A DNA stretch of 64,000 nt from NCBI GenBank assembly GCA_016874005.1, contig VGVQ01000011.1, forward strand, positions 48,415-112,414. Reading direction: 5' to 3'. A program made the position numbers and the translations under genes. The notes under the pieces are model-generated. The model was not told the DNA's origin. It worked only from the letters and a program-made list of their open reading frames with translations, and did no database searches. Shown one piece after another: positions 37,796 through 49,400 of the stretch (its first letter is position 1; each line of letters opens with the position of its first letter). The stretch comes from Gemmatimonadota bacterium. Its GTDB lineage: Bacteria; Gemmatimonadota; Gemmatimonadetes; Gemmatimonadales; GWC2-71-9.

Positions 37796-38883
37796 TCGAG
37801 GGCACCGGCAGTGGCTGGGACGAGGCGGCGCGGCCACGACCTGCCGCGCCCCTCGTTGCCTCGCCGGAGACCTTCCGCGTCGATCTCCACACCCACATTC
37901 TCCCCGAAACCTGGCCCAGCCTCCGCGACCGTTACGGATACGGCGGTTTCGTCGAGTTGGACCACTTCGCTCCCTGCCGAGCCCGGATGGTGGTCGACGG
38001 CAGGTTGTTTCGCGAGATCGAGGACAACTGCTGGGACCCGGCCCGCCGGCTCGAGGATTGCGACCGTCACCGGGTCAACCTGCAGGTCTTGAGCACCGTG
38101 CCGGTGATGTTCAGCTACTGGGCCAGGGCCGCCGACGCGGCCGATCTGTCGAGGCTGCTCAACGATCACCTTGCCTGGGTGGTCGCTGCCAACCCCAAGC
38201 GGTTCGTGGGTCTCGGCACGGTGCCGCTCCAGGCGCCGGACCTGGCGATCCAGGAGCTCGAGCGGGCGGTGCTCGACCTCGGTCTCGCCGGGGTCCAGAT
38301 CGGCACCCACGTCAACGAGTGGAACCTCGACGCACCCGAGCTGTTCGAGTTCTTCGCCCGGGCGGCCGAGTTGGGTGCCGCGATCTTCGTGCACCCGTGG
38401 GAAATGCTCGCCCCGGAACGGATGCGGCGGTATTGGCTGCCTTGGCTGATCGGGATGCCAACCGAGTCGGCACTGGCGATCGCCTCGCTCCTCTTCGGCG
38501 GAGTCCTGGAGCGGCTTCCCACTCTCCGGATCTGCTTCGCCCACGGGGGCGGGAGCTTCGCGGCGGTCCAGGGACGCCTGGAGCACGGATTCCAGGCTCG
38601 GCCCGACCTGGTGGCGGTGGACAACCCTCACCCGCCTTCGAAGTACCTCGGCCGGTTCTACCTCGACTCGCTGACCCACGATCCCGAGCTACTCCGGCGC
38701 CTGATCGGACTGGTGGGGGCCGATCGCGTGGCGTTAGGCACCGACTACCCGTTTCCCTTGGGCGAGCTGGTGCCCGGCGCCATGATCGACGGGATGGCGG
38801 ACTTGACACCCGACACCAAGGCCTGGCTCTTCCATCGGACCGCGCTGCAATTCCTCAATCGACCCCTGAGCATGTTCCTATGA
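37792..38883 (+). CDS. nbaD: 2-amino-3-carboxymuconate-6-semialdehyde decarboxylase (ACMSD)
   Basis: [50 protein letters not shown]; start approximate. Confidence 0.92.
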   Translation: MIEGTGSGWDEAARPRPAAPLVASPETFRVDLHTHILPETWPSLRDRYGYGGFVELDHFAPCRARMVVDGRLFREIEDNCWDPARRLEDCDRHRVNLQVLSTVPVMFSYWARAADAADLSRLLNDHLAWVVAANPKRFVGLGTVPLQAPDLAIQELERAVLDLGLAGVQIGTHVNEWNLDAPELFEFFARAAELGAAIFVHPWEMLAPERMRRYWLPWLIGMPTESALAIASLLFGGVLERLPTLRICFAHGGGSFAAVQGRLEHGFQARPDLVAVDNPHPPSKYLGRFYLDSLTHDPELLRRLIGLVGADRVALGTDYPFPLGELVPGAMIDGMADLTPDTKAWLFHRTALQFLNRPLSMFL

Positions 38884-40163
38884 GCGATCCCGGACCGTAC
38901 CAGAACACCGAGGCATGGGCCCTCGCCGCCGACCGCGCCGATCCGCTCTCGACGATGCGCGAGGAGTTCGTCTTCCCCCGGGACCGCGACGGCGCGCCGC
39001 TGGTCTACCTCTGCGGCAATTCCCTCGGCCTGATGCCCAAGGCGGTGCCGGCGCTCCTCGAGGAGGAACTCGACGAGTGGGGGCGCCTCGGGGTCGAAGC
39101 CCACCTGCAGTCCCGGCGCCCCTGGTTCTCCTACCACGAGCAGTTTCGGGAGACCGGGGCGCGGCTCGTCGGCGCCCGGCCCGGCGAAGTCGTGATGATG
39201 AACTCGCTCACCGTCAATCTCCACTTGATGCTGGTGAGCTTCTACCGGCCGGCGGGCCGGCGGCACAAGATCGTCATCGAGCGGGCGGCGTTCCCGTCGG
39301 ACACCTACGCCGTGGCCACCCACCTCGCCACCCGCGGGTACGATCCGGCCGAGGCCCTGATTCAGCTGGCCCCCGATCCCGGCCGCGCCACGATCGCCAC
39401 CGAATCGGTGGAACGCCTCCTGGCCGAGCGCGGGGACGAAATCGCGCTGGTTCTGCTCCCCGGGGTGCAGTACTACACCGGGCAGCTGTTCGACATCCCC
39501 CGGATCACCGCCGCGGCGCAGCGGGCCGGTGCGGTCGCCGGGTTCGACCTGGCCCACGCGGCGGGGAACGTGCCGCTGGCGCTGCACGATTGGGGCGTCG
39601 ACTTCGCGGCGTGGTGCTCCTACAAGTACCTCAATGCCGGATCCGGCGCGATCGCGGGGTGCTTCGTCCATGAGCGGCACGGCAAGGACTTGGCGATACC
39701 TCGATACGCGGGCTGGTGGGGCAACGACCCGGCCACCCGGTTCCGGCTCCACCTGAACGAATCGTTCCTGCCCCGCGAGGGGGCCGACGGCTGGCAGATC
39801 AGCAATCCGCCCCTGCTGTCGATGACCCCTTTGCTCGCCTCGATCGAGCAATTCGACCGGGTCGGGATGGCCGCGCTCCGCGCCAAGTCGCTTCGGCTCA
39901 CCGGGTACCTCGAGTACCTGATCGATCAGCTCGGCGGCGGCCGGATCGAGCAAATCACCCCGCGCGATCCGGCGGCCAGGGGGGCCCAGTTGAGCCTTCT
40001 GGTGCGAGACGGTGCCCGGGCGCTCTTCGACCGGCTCAGGGCGGGTCATGTCCTCGGCGATTTTCGCCAGCCGGATGTCATCCGGCTCTCGCCGGCACCG
40101 ATCTACAACAGTTTCCACGACGTCTGGCAGGCGGGTCGGGCCTTGGCCGAGGCGCTCCGATGA
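38880..40163 (+). CDS. kynU: Kynureninase
   Basis: [40 protein letters not shown] (PLP Lys), GWWG, ISNPP. Confidence 0.95.
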   Translation: MSDPGPYQNTEAWALAADRADPLSTMREEFVFPRDRDGAPLVYLCGNSLGLMPKAVPALLEEELDEWGRLGVEAHLQSRRPWFSYHEQFRETGARLVGARPGEVVMMNSLTVNLHLMLVSFYRPAGRRHKIVIERAAFPSDTYAVATHLATRGYDPAEALIQLAPDPGRATIATESVERLLAERGDEIALVLLPGVQYYTGQLFDIPRITAAAQRAGAVAGFDLAHAAGNVPLALHDWGVDFAAWCSYKYLNAGSGAIAGCFVHERHGKDLAIPRYAGWWGNDPATRFRLHLNESFLPREGADGWQISNPPLLSMTPLLASIEQFDRVGMAALRAKSLRLTGYLEYLIDQLGGGRIEQITPRDPAARGAQLSLLVRDGARALFDRLRAGHVLGDFRQPDVIRLSPAPIYNSFHDVWQAGRALAEALR

Positions 40164-41503
40164 CCAGCCCGCATACCGATCGGCGGGTGGTCGTCGTGGG
40201 CGCCGGCCTGGTCGGGTCGATGCTCGCGGCGCTGCTGGGGCGGGAAGGGTATCGGGTGACGGTGATCGAACGGCGAGGCGACCCCAGGCGGAGCGAGATG
40301 GCCGCCGGGCGGAGCATCAACCTCGCCATCAGCGAACGGGGGCTCAATGCCCTCGCCAAGCTGGACCTGGCCCAGGACATCCTGGCGTTAGGCGTCCCGC
40401 TCTATGGCCGGATGATCCACCCGGTGACCGGCCCGCTCGCCTATCAGCCCTACGGGGTCGAACGTCAGGCCATCAACTCCTTCTCCCGCGGCGAGCTCAA
40501 CTTGGCGCTGGTCAAAGCCGCCGGGGCCGCCCCCAACGTCACCCTCGAATTCTCCCGCCGTTGCCTCGACGTGGACCTCGAGGCCGGCACGGTGAGCCAC
40601 GTCGACGCCGCGACCGGCGGCGATCCGCGGACCACGAGCGGGATCATCATCGGGACCGACGGCGCCTACTCCGCGGTCCGGGCGGCCATGCAGCGCCGGG
40701 AGCAACAGGATTACTCCCAGAGCTACCTGCCCCAGGGCTACAAGGAACTCTGGATCCCGGCCGCACCGGGCGGCAGCCCGGCGCTCGAACGCAACGCCAT
40801 GCACATCTGGCCCCGTGGGCCGTTCATGATGATGGCCATGGCCAATCTCGATGCCACCTTCACTCTGACGCTCTACCTCCCGATGACCGGGCCCAACAGT
40901 TTCGCCGAACTTGATACCCCGGATCGGGTCCGGAGCTTCTTCGAGCGCAACTTCCCCGATGCCATCCCGATCATGCCGAGCCTCCTGGAGGATTTCGCCA
41001 CCAACCCGGCCAGTTCGTTGGTGACCGTCCGGACCTATCCCTGGGCCATCGCCGATCGGGTCCTCCTGGCCGGCGACGCCGCCCACGCCATCGTGCCCTT
41101 CTACGGCCAAGGTGCCAACGCCGGATTCGAGGACTGTCTCGAGCTGCTCGCGCAGGTGGCCAGCACCCCGCACGACCTCGCCGGCGCCTTCGACCGGTAT
41201 CAACGAGCCCGGAAGCCCAACACCGACGCCATCGCCGATCTTGCCCTGGCCAACTTCGTCGAGATGCGGGACCACGTCGCCTCGAAGGGATTCCTGCTCA
41301 AGAAGCAGTTCGAGCAGTTGCTCCACAAGCTGTTCCCCAGGTACTTCGTCCCGCTCTACTCGATGATTTCGTTCTCCCTGATTCCCTACGCCACGGCCCG
41401 GGCTCGGGCCCAGGCCCAGGCCAGAACCCTGCGCCGGATCGGAGTGGGTCTCGTCATTCTGGCGCTGGGGATCGTGGGCTGGTCCCTCTTCTTTCCCGGG
41501 TAA
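40160..41503 (+). CDS. kmo: Kynurenine 3-monooxygenase
   Basis: GAGLVG, GRSINLAISERG, DGAYSAVR, HIWPR, GDAAHAIVPFYGQG.NAGFED, NFVEMRD. Confidence 0.93.
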   Translation: MTSPHTDRRVVVVGAGLVGSMLAALLGREGYRVTVIERRGDPRRSEMAAGRSINLAISERGLNALAKLDLAQDILALGVPLYGRMIHPVTGPLAYQPYGVERQAINSFSRGELNLALVKAAGAAPNVTLEFSRRCLDVDLEAGTVSHVDAATGGDPRTTSGIIIGTDGAYSAVRAAMQRREQQDYSQSYLPQGYKELWIPAAPGGSPALERNAMHIWPRGPFMMMAMANLDATFTLTLYLPMTGPNSFAELDTPDRVRSFFERNFPDAIPIMPSLLEDFATNPASSLVTVRTYPWAIADRVLLAGDAAHAIVPFYGQGANAGFEDCLELLAQVASTPHDLAGAFDRYQRARKPNTDAIADLALANFVEMRDHVASKGFLLKKQFEQLLHKLFPRYFVPLYSMISFSLIPYATARARAQAQARTLRRIGVGLVILALGIVGWSLFFPG

Positions 41504-41509
41504 GCCCCC

Positions 41510-42292
41510 ATGCCGGTCACCTACGCCTCCTATCTCAAGCTCGACCAGTTGCTCGACCTCCAAGAACCCAAGTCGAGTCCGGCTGAGCACGACGAGCTGC
41601 TCTTCATCGTCATTCACCAGACCTACGAGCTGTGGTTCAAGCAGCTCCTCCACGAGCTCGACAAGGTTGCCCGCGACTTCGCCGGCAACGACCTCTTCGG
41701 CGCCATCGCGACCTTCAAACGGGTCCGCACCATCATGAAGACGCTGGTGGGGCAACTCGATATCCTCGAGACCATGACCCCGCTCTCCTTTGCCTCGTTC
41801 CGAAACCGGCTCGATACCGCCTCGGGATTTCAGTCCTACCAGTTTCGCGAGGTCGAGTTCTTCCTGGGGTACAAGCGCCCCAACGTCACCGCGCCGATCC
41901 CTGACGGCGAGGCCGGGAAGGCTCGGGCCATCGGGCGGCTCGGCCAGCCCAGCCTGGTCGACGGGTTCTACCGGTTCCTGGCCCACCGAGGGGTGGTGGT
42001 GCCCGAGTCACTGCTCGCCAAGCCGATCACGGAGCCAACCGAGTCCAGCGAGGCGCTCCAGGAGGAGCTGCTGCGGATCTACCGGACCAGCCCCGAGTTG
42101 GTGATCCTCTTCGAGCTGATGTTGGATTTCGACGAAGGAATGCAGGAGTGGCGCTACCGCCACGTCAAGTTGGTCGAGCGGACCATCGGCGCCAAGCAAG
42201 GGACCGGCGGCTCGGCGGGGGTCGAGTTCCTCAAGACCTCGCTCTTCAAGCCGTTGTTCCCGGACCTCTGGGTGGTCCGGCACCGGATGTGA
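41510..42292 (+). CDS. kynA: Tryptophan 2,3-dioxygenase
   Basis: YASYLKLDQLL, HDELLFIVIHQTYELWFK, ASGFQSYQFR, WRYRH...VERTIG.K.GTGGS.G. Confidence 0.95.
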   Translation: MPVTYASYLKLDQLLDLQEPKSSPAEHDELLFIVIHQTYELWFKQLLHELDKVARDFAGNDLFGAIATFKRVRTIMKTLVGQLDILETMTPLSFASFRNRLDTASGFQSYQFREVEFFLGYKRPNVTAPIPDGEAGKARAIGRLGQPSLVDGFYRFLAHRGVVVPESLLAKPITEPTESSEALQEELLRIYRTSPELVILFELMLDFDEGMQEWRYRHVKLVERTIGAKQGTGGSAGVEFLKTSLFKPLFPDLWVVRHRM

Positions 42293-42709
42293 TCAGTCGA
42301 TGGTCGCGATCACCTTGAGCTCGATCGCGATGGCGGTCGGCAGGGCGCCGACTTCCACCGTGGTCCGAGCCGGTTGGTTGGTGGTGAAGTACTCGGCGTA
42401 GATCCGGTTGAAGGTCGGGAAGTCCGCCCGCATGTCGGTCAGAAACACCGTCACGTCGACCATCTTGTCCCAGCTCGACCCGGCATCCTCCAGGATGGTT
42501 CGGATGTTGGCGAACACCTGGTGGCATTGTTGCCCGATGTCGTACCCCGTCCGCGCTCCATCCGGGCCATACACGTTGCCCGGGATCTCGTTGCTTCCCG
42601 GGATCCGGGGTCCGATGCCCGACAAGAACAGGAGTCCGCCCACTCGGCGGGCGTGGGGGTACGCCCCGACCGGTTTTGGCGCTCGTCCCGAACGCACCGT
42701 CTCGTCCAT
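42293..42709 (-). CDS. RidA-family 2-aminomuconate deaminase
   Basis: Start ATG 42709 after GGAG; PVGAYPHARR, LFLSGIGPR, PARTTVEV.ALPT.IAIELK; pathway context. Confidence 0.85.
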   Translation of the reverse strand: MDETVRSGRAPKPVGAYPHARRVGGLLFLSGIGPRIPGSNEIPGNVYGPDGARTGYDIGQQCHQVFANIRTILEDAGSSWDKMVDVTVFLTDMRADFPTFNRIYAEYFTTNQPARTTVEVGALPTAIAIELKVIATID

Positions 42710-42735
42710 CGCTCCTCCGATCCTCGAGGCTCTAA

Positions 42736-44187
42736 TCAGAGCTTGATGCAGACGTTCTTCGGCTCGGTGAAGAACCGGATCGCCTCGTCGCCGCCTTCCC
42801 GCCCGACCCCGCTCTGCCGCATTCCGCCGAAGGGGACCCGGAGGTCTCGCAGCAGCCAGCAGTTGACCCAGATCGTCCCGCACTGCACCTGCTCGGCGAC
42901 CCGGTGGGCTCGGGTGAGGTTCTCGGTCCACAGCGACGCCGCGAGTCCGTAGTTGCTGTCGTTGGCCATCGCGACCGCCTCGGCCTCGGTGTGAAAGGGC
43001 GTCACCGTCACGACCGGTCCGAAGATCTCCTCCTGGTTGGTGCGGCACCCCATCGAGAGGCCGGTGACGATGCTCGGCGCCACGAAGTAGCCGCTCCGGC
43101 ACCGCGGAGGCAGCCGCTCGGGTGGGACCGGACCGCCGCCGAGCACCACTCGCCCGCCTTCCTCTCGAGCCAGGTCGAGGTAGCCGAGTACCTTGGCGCG
43201 GTGGCCTTCGCTGATCAAGGCGCCGAACTCGGTCCCGGGCTCGAGTGGGTCGCCGATCGCCAGTCGGCTCACCGCGCCAGCGAAGCGGTCCAGGAAGCTA
43301 TGATAGATCGATGCTTCGACCAGGATCCGGGAGCCGCAGAGGCAGATCTCGCCCTGGTTGGCGAACGCCGATCGGACGATGGCCGGCAGATCCCGATCCA
43401 GGTTCGCGTCACCGAACACGACGGTTGGGTTCTTCCCGCCCAGTTCGAGCGTCAGCTTCTTGAACTTGGGGGCCGCCGCTTTCGCGATCGCCGCCCCGGT
43501 GACCGTGCCTCCGGTGAACGAGATGGTCCGGACGTCGGGATGGTCCACCAACGCCGCGCCGGCCTGAGCCCCGAGGCCATGGACCAGGTTGAGCACCCCC
43601 GGCGGGAGCCCGACCTCGCTGCAGATCTCGCCCAGCGCGTGGGCCGTGCTCGGGGTCAGTTCCGACGGCTTGGCGACCGCGGTGTTCCCGGTCGCGATGG
43701 CCGGCGCGATCTTCCAGGACAGCAAATAGAGCGGCAGGTTCCAGGGCGAGATCAAGCCCGCCACCCCGCGGGGCCGCCGCAGGGTGTAGTTGAGCGCCTG
43801 ATGATCGGTCGGGTGCGACTCGGTGGCACCGTGCAGAATGGCGGTGGCGAAGAACCGGAAGTTCGCCGCGGCGCGAGGGATGTCGAGGGTCCGGGCCAGG
43901 GTGAGCGGCTTGCCGGTGTCTTCCGATTCGAGCCGAGCCAACTCGTCGCTTCGGGCGTCGATGCCGGCCGCGATCGCGAGCAGGAGCCGGCTTCGCTCGG
44001 CGGCGGGTGTGTGCGACCAGGGGTCGAAGGCGGCTCGGGCCGCGGCCACCGCGGCGGCCACGTCGGCCGCGCCGCTCGCCGGGACCCGGGCGAGCGGGCC
44101 GCCCGTCGCGGGCTCGGGCTTGTCGAGGTACTCGCCGCCCGCCGGAGGAGCCTGGCGTCCGTCGATGTAGTTGGCGATGGTCCGCAC
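42736..44187 (-). CDS. 2-aminomuconate-6-semialdehyde dehydrogenase (ALDH8/HMSADH-like)
   Basis: DIPRAAANFRFF, ISPWNLPLYLL, LELGGKN, NQGEICLCGSR, EEIFGP, NCWLLRDLRVPFGG. Confidence 0.9.
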   Translation of the reverse strand: MRTIANYIDGRQAPPAGGEYLDKPEPATGGPLARVPASGAADVAAAVAAARAAFDPWSHTPAAERSRLLLAIAAGIDARSDELARLESEDTGKPLTLARTLDIPRAAANFRFFATAILHGATESHPTDHQALNYTLRRPRGVAGLISPWNLPLYLLSWKIAPAIATGNTAVAKPSELTPSTAHALGEICSEVGLPPGVLNLVHGLGAQAGAALVDHPDVRTISFTGGTVTGAAIAKAAAPKFKKLTLELGGKNPTVVFGDANLDRDLPAIVRSAFANQGEICLCGSRILVEASIYHSFLDRFAGAVSRLAIGDPLEPGTEFGALISEGHRAKVLGYLDLAREEGGRVVLGGGPVPPERLPPRCRSGYFVAPSIVTGLSMGCRTNQEEIFGPVVTVTPFHTEAEAVAMANDSNYGLAASLWTENLTRAHRVAEQVQCGTIWVNCWLLRDLRVPFGGMRQSGVGREGGDEAIRFFTEPKNVCIKL

Positions 44188-44196
44188 GGGCGCTCC

Positions 44197-44973
44197 TTAC
44201 AGGGCGGTGATCCGGCCGCCGTCGACCGGGAGGCTCACGCCGGTGATGTAGCTCGCGGCCGGGCTGGCGAGGAACAGCACCGCCGCGGCGATCTCCGCCG
44301 GCGTCCCGATCCTGCCTAACGGAATCTCCCGGACCATCTCGTCGGTGATCTCGGCGACGCTCCGGCCGGTCGCGGCTGCCCGATTCGCGATCACCTGGTC
44401 GAGCCGCCCGGTCTGGGTGGCTCCGGGCAGGACGTTGTTCACCGTGATGCCGTCGCGACCCAGCTCGCCGGCGAGGGTCTTGGCCCAGCTGGCCACCGCG
44501 CCGCGGGTGGTGTTCGACACCCCGAGCCCCGGCAGCGGCTGCTTCACCGAGGTCGAGACGATGTTGATGATGCGGCCGTAACCGGCGGCCCGCATCCCGG
44601 GGATCACCGCTTGGGCCAGCAGGTGATTGGCGAGCAGATGTTGCCGGAACGCGGCGACGAACGCTTCGGGCTGGGCCGTGGCGATCGGTCCGCCCGGAGG
44701 GCCGCCGGTGTTGTTGACCAAAATATGGACCGGCCCGTTGGCCCCGATCCAGCGAGCCACCGCGCCGGCGGCGGCGGCCGGATCGTCGAGGTCGGCGACC
44801 AGAGTGGAGTGGGCCGCGCTGCCTGGCAACGCCCGCGCCGCGGTGGCCAACCGGCCGGCATCGCGCGACAGGAGGAGGAGCCGCGCGCCGGCAGTGGCCA
44901 GCGCCTCCGCGCTGGCCCGGCCGATGCCGCTGGTGCTGCCGCAGACCAGGGCTGTCTTGTTCGTCAGAGGCAT
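44197..44973 (-). CDS. SDR family oxidoreductase
   Basis: GSTSGIG, NNTGGPP, VSTSVKQP, SNTTR in place of YxxxK, NVLPG. Confidence 0.85.
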   Translation of the reverse strand: MPLTNKTALVCGSTSGIGRASAEALATAGARLLLLSRDAGRLATAARALPGSAAHSTLVADLDDPAAAAGAVARWIGANGPVHILVNNTGGPPGGPIATAQPEAFVAAFRQHLLANHLLAQAVIPGMRAAGYGRIINIVSTSVKQPLPGLGVSNTTRGAVASWAKTLAGELGRDGITVNNVLPGATQTGRLDQVIANRAAATGRSVAEITDEMVREIPLGRIGTPAEIAAAVLFLASPAASYITGVSLPVDGGRITAL

Positions 44974-45037
44974 GGCGGGAAGTGTAGGCGGGCGACCGCG
45001 TGGTTGGGAGGCCCGGCCTCTCGGGCCTTGAGAGCGA

Positions 45038-45074
45038 CGAGCCCCCGCGCGCCGTCAAGGCACGCGGGGGCTCG
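45038..45074 (-). terminator. Hairpin downstream of the minus-strand susD
   Basis: CGAGCCCCCGCG...CGCGGGGGCTCG, a 12-bp perfect stem about 20 nt past the stop. Confidence 0.55.
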
Positions 45075-45092
45075 AAGGGCGGAGCAACAAGC

Positions 45093-46406
45093 CTACGGCG
45101 TCTGGACGGTGCAGTTGGTCGGAGTGTAGTTCGAATTGTTCTCCTCCGGTTGCGGCACGATCAAGGTCGCTTGGGTCCCGCGGGTCAGGCCCTGCTTGTG
45201 ATAGGCGCCCGTCGGGTACACCGACTCCTTGGTCCGGTTGTACTGCCGGACCAACCGACGCAGATCGCCCAAACGGTGCGATGTCAGATACATCCAGAAC
45301 GCCCGTTCGCGGAACATCAGATCCTCCCGGGCGGTCTGGGTTCCGGGATCGGTGAGCGCGCCCAGCGCGGCCACGGTGGCACGGGCCGCGTTGAGCCGCC
45401 CGAGCCAGACGTCGACGTCATTGGCCTGCAGCGCCGCCTCGGCCTGGATCAGCCGGGCCTCGATCCCGGTCACCATCGGCACCGGGGAGTCGATGCTGGG
45501 GTATTTCTTCTGGACCACCATCGGGGTGACGCCGTCGTTCCGAGAGGCGCCCGTCGCCGTCACCGGGATCCGCGGATCCGCGGCGCTCGCGAACGGCAGC
45601 CCATTCGTTCCTTCCCGATCCGGCACGGAGTAGATGTCGCTCGCCGTAGTGAGCTGGATCTGGTTGGTCTGGCGGCCAGGCGGGGGCGAGTGGATGAAGT
45701 CATAGCTGAACGACGTCGGTACCGACGCGACCGCCGTGCCCGCCTGGGCGAACTGCCCCTGATTGAGCAGGGCCCGGCCACGCAGCACCGCCACCAGATT
45801 CCCGATCCTGGCGTCGGATCCGGCAGGGCCGGCTGCCGAGTTGAGCCGGTCGATCGCGCGCCCAAATAGCTGCGTCGTGGTGAGCGGCGTGCCCAGTTCG
45901 AACGGCTCTCGTTCCGACACCGGCGTGCCTGAGCAGAACAGCTCGCCGAACAGGATGTAGCTCAACGCCGAGAGGGCGTAGAGCTCCCCGGCCCTGACGT
46001 CCGTCGCCGGGAACTTCTTCGCCGCAAACTCGAGCGCCGTGCGGGCGCGATGGAGTGCCAGGTAGGGTCCGCCAGGAACCCCGCCTCCGGTCGCGACGCT
46101 ATTGGTGGTCAGCACACCGCGGAGGTCCCACTCCCGGACCGCCGGCGGAGTGCTCGCGTGCATCAGCTCGTCGGTGAACAGTCCGGAGAAGATGCTGGTC
46201 CCCGTGCCGCCAGTCACCGCGACGACCAGGTCGGAGACAGCGCCGGCGTAGAGGGCGGTGAGGCCCTCGGGGGTCTCGAGGTTCTCCGGTTTGATGACGT
46301 CCGGGGTGTCGGGGCGGAGAATGTCGTCCTTGGAGCATGAGGCCGTCAGCGCGGCGAGCAACAGCGCCGCGGAGACTCGGATCATGCCCATCGTGTTGAT
46401 TGTCAT
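45093..46406 (-). CDS. RagB/SusD-like outer-membrane lipoprotein
   Basis: Lipobox TASC; GLFTDE; EARLIQAEAAL; FRERAFWMY..SHRLGDLRR; directly after SusC. Confidence 0.85.
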   Translation of the reverse strand: MTINTMGMIRVSAALLLAALTASCSKDDILRPDTPDVIKPENLETPEGLTALYAGAVSDLVVAVTGGTGTSIFSGLFTDELMHASTPPAVREWDLRGVLTTNSVATGGGVPGGPYLALHRARTALEFAAKKFPATDVRAGELYALSALSYILFGELFCSGTPVSEREPFELGTPLTTTQLFGRAIDRLNSAAGPAGSDARIGNLVAVLRGRALLNQGQFAQAGTAVASVPTSFSYDFIHSPPPGRQTNQIQLTTASDIYSVPDREGTNGLPFASAADPRIPVTATGASRNDGVTPMVVQKKYPSIDSPVPMVTGIEARLIQAEAALQANDVDVWLGRLNAARATVAALGALTDPGTQTAREDLMFRERAFWMYLTSHRLGDLRRLVRQYNRTKESVYPTGAYHKQGLTRGTQATLIVPQPEENNSNYTPTNCTVQTP

Positions 46407-46425
46407 CGGGCTCGTTCCTCTTCGC

Positions 46426-49400
46426 CTAGAAGCCGAGGTTGATCCGCAGGATGCCGATCACCGGCTGGGCCTGCTGGACGAAGTTGTAGTTGGTGTCGTC
46501 TCGTGACTGGGTGTTGTTCTCTGGGTCCCAGCTCTTGAAGCCGTACTTCTTGATCCAGAGGTTCCGGCCCGTGAGCGTGACGTTCATGCTCCGAGCGCCG
46601 AAGACCCGAGCCAGGCTGACCGGGGCGTTGTAGGTGAGCGAGGCTTCCCGGAGCCGGATGTGCTCGGCGTTTTCGGCGAAGGAACCGAATGCCCGGGGCC
46701 CGGCGACGGCCTTGGCCTGATCCTCGAGTGAGGCGTTCGGGTCGTGGAGCTGTTCGCAGTTCACCTGGAAGGCGCAGCGGAACAGGTCGTTCACGTTGAG
46801 AGTGACGTACCCGCCTCGATAGTCGATCTGACCGCCAAGGCGCAACTTGTTCTTGAAGAGGCTCAAGCTGGTGTTCACGGCCATGGTCCGAGTCGGGATG
46901 GTGGAGCCGTGGAAGATCAGGGTGTCGGTCACCACCACTTCGCTCGGACTGATCGCGCCATCGCCGTTGGCATCGTTGAAGCTGGTCAAACCCTGCCACC
47001 AGAGCCCGAACATCGGATAGCCGGGAATGTTCTTGAACCCGAATCCGACGATCGGTGGAACCCCGGGCGCCAGGGACACGAGCCGGTTCCGGTTGCCGGC
47101 CGCCTCGACCTGGAGGTCCCACACGATGTTGCGCGTCTCGATGACGCGGGCGTTGACCGATACCTCAATGCCCTTGTTGCTGACGACGCCGACGTTTTCG
47201 AGGCGGGCCGAGACGCCGCCCACCGAGTACGGCTGGGTCCGCAACACCAAGGCGTCCTCGGTTCGCTTGTTGTAGCCGGTGACCTCGATGTTGACCCGGT
47301 TGTCGAGCAGCCCGATGTCGAACCCGCCCTCGATCTCGCGCGACCGTTCCGGCTTGAGGTTCGCGTCGCCGAGCCCGCCCAGCGTCACGCCCGGAATGGA
47401 AGGCTGCCCGAAGATCGACGACGTCACCGGGCTGGCGTAGGTCAGCGCGTCGAGCGGCCGGGGCGATTGACCGGTGGCCCCGTAGGCCGCCCGGACCCGG
47501 AAGCTGTTGAGCAGCCCCCGATCGCGGTTCTCCAGCACCACCCACGAGCCGGACAGCTTCGGATAGCGCGCCGAGCGGAATTCGGCACCGAAAGCGCTGT
47601 TGTCGTCGATCCGGAGCGCGCCGGTGATGAAGAGCCGATCATCGAGGCTGAACTGCTGCTCGACGTAGGTGCCCAGCGTGATGACGTCGGTCGTCTGCTC
47701 GTTGAGCGATTTCTGGGCCCCGGCGCTCAGCGAGATGATCCCCGGTGGCAGAATGTCGGCTTGGGCGAAGACCGCGAACAGCTTGTCGTGGTTGTATTGG
47801 GCCCCGAAGCTGGTCTTGGCGCCGATTCGCTTGAGCAGCGAGTACTGCGCGGTGGCGTTCAGGTCGACCGTGTACTTGGTATCGATCAAACGGTTGAACA
47901 TCCGTTTGCCCTGGTTCTCGGTGCCGCAGGTCACGCAGCCCTGGCCGCGGAGCACGTTCTGTTCGTCGACGTAGCCGAGATAATCGAGACCGACGGTGGC
48001 CCGGGTCGACAGCCACGAGAGCGGCCGCCAGTTCACCGTCCCGCTGTTGATGTAGTGGTCGTTCTTCCGGTAGGTCTCTTCGCCGATCGAGTTACCGGGA
48101 CGAGAGAAGCCGTAGCCGCCGGTCGTGGCGAACACCGCCGGGTTGGCCGAGCCGAACATCGCCGTCCCGATCATCGACTGGAAGTTGTCGCCGGTCTGCG
48201 GGAGACGGATGTTGTTGACGATGAAACCGGACGACACCGAGATGTCGAGGTTCGATCGCGGGCTCGATGTCAAGTTGACGCGGAAGTTGTACTTGTTGAA
48301 GTGGTTCGGGCGCCGCTGGGTCCGGGGAATCTCGTCGACGCTGCCCAACCCCCGACGGCCTACCAGGAATTCGGCTTCGCTGTTCGGGAGCTTGAGCACG
48401 CCGTCCTCGATCTCGGTTTCGGCGGAGAGGAAATACCGCAGGGCGTCCGAGCCACCCGACAGGCTCGCCCCGAGCTGCTGGCGGCTCCCGGTGGTAAACG
48501 GGGTCGAAGCGGGATTGTTCAGGAGGTCGAGGCTGTATCGCTGCTCGACCTGGCAAACGCCGGTCTTCTCCTGCCACGTCAGGCAGTCGGCGTTGGCCCC
48601 CACCCGCTTGTTGAAGTAAGTGCTCGGGTAGGTGTAGGTGTCTTTGAGCACCCCGGCCTCCGCCCAGCTCGTCCATTGCGGAGCGCCGGCTCGACCCCGT
48701 TTGGTGGTGACCCGGATCACGCCGTTGGCGGCCTGGGTGCCGTAGAGCGTCGCGGCCGAGGGACCTTTGACGATCTCGATCGTCTCGATTTCCTCGGGGT
48801 TCAGGTCGTTGAGCTTCGAGACGGTCCCGCCCCCGATGAAGGCACCGGCCGGGGCGTCGGCCGCCACTCGGATCCCGTCGATGTAGAGCAGGGGATCGTT
48901 CGAGAGCGACACCGAGCTGACCCCGCGGATTCGGACCCGGGCCCCGGTGCCGCTCGTCCCATTGCTCTGGAGCACCGAGACGCCCGCCACTCGGCCGCTC
49001 AGCACTTGGGCGAGGTTGGTGGTCGGAGCCGTTTCCACGAGCTGCGCGGTCTGGATCTTCCCGACCGTGTTGCCCAACTCTCGGGTCGCCTGGTCACCGG
49101 TGGCTGTCGTCACGATCTCTTCCAGCTGGAACGGCACCGCCTTGAGCGCCCAGTCGAGGGTCGCCGAGCCGCCGGCGGCAATCGTCACCGTCCTGGTCTG
49201 CGAGCCGTAGCCCAGCATGAAGATCCGAATCGAGTGCTGCCCGGGGGTGAGCCCACGCAGCGTGTACTGGCCCGCCTGAGTCGAGAGGGTGTACACCTGT
49301 TGCGTGACGGCCTGGATCCGGGCGCCGGCCAGGGGCTGGCCGGTCGCTTCGTCGGTCACCTTGCCGGTGAGGGTGCCCGGCTGGGCCGCGGCGGTACTCG

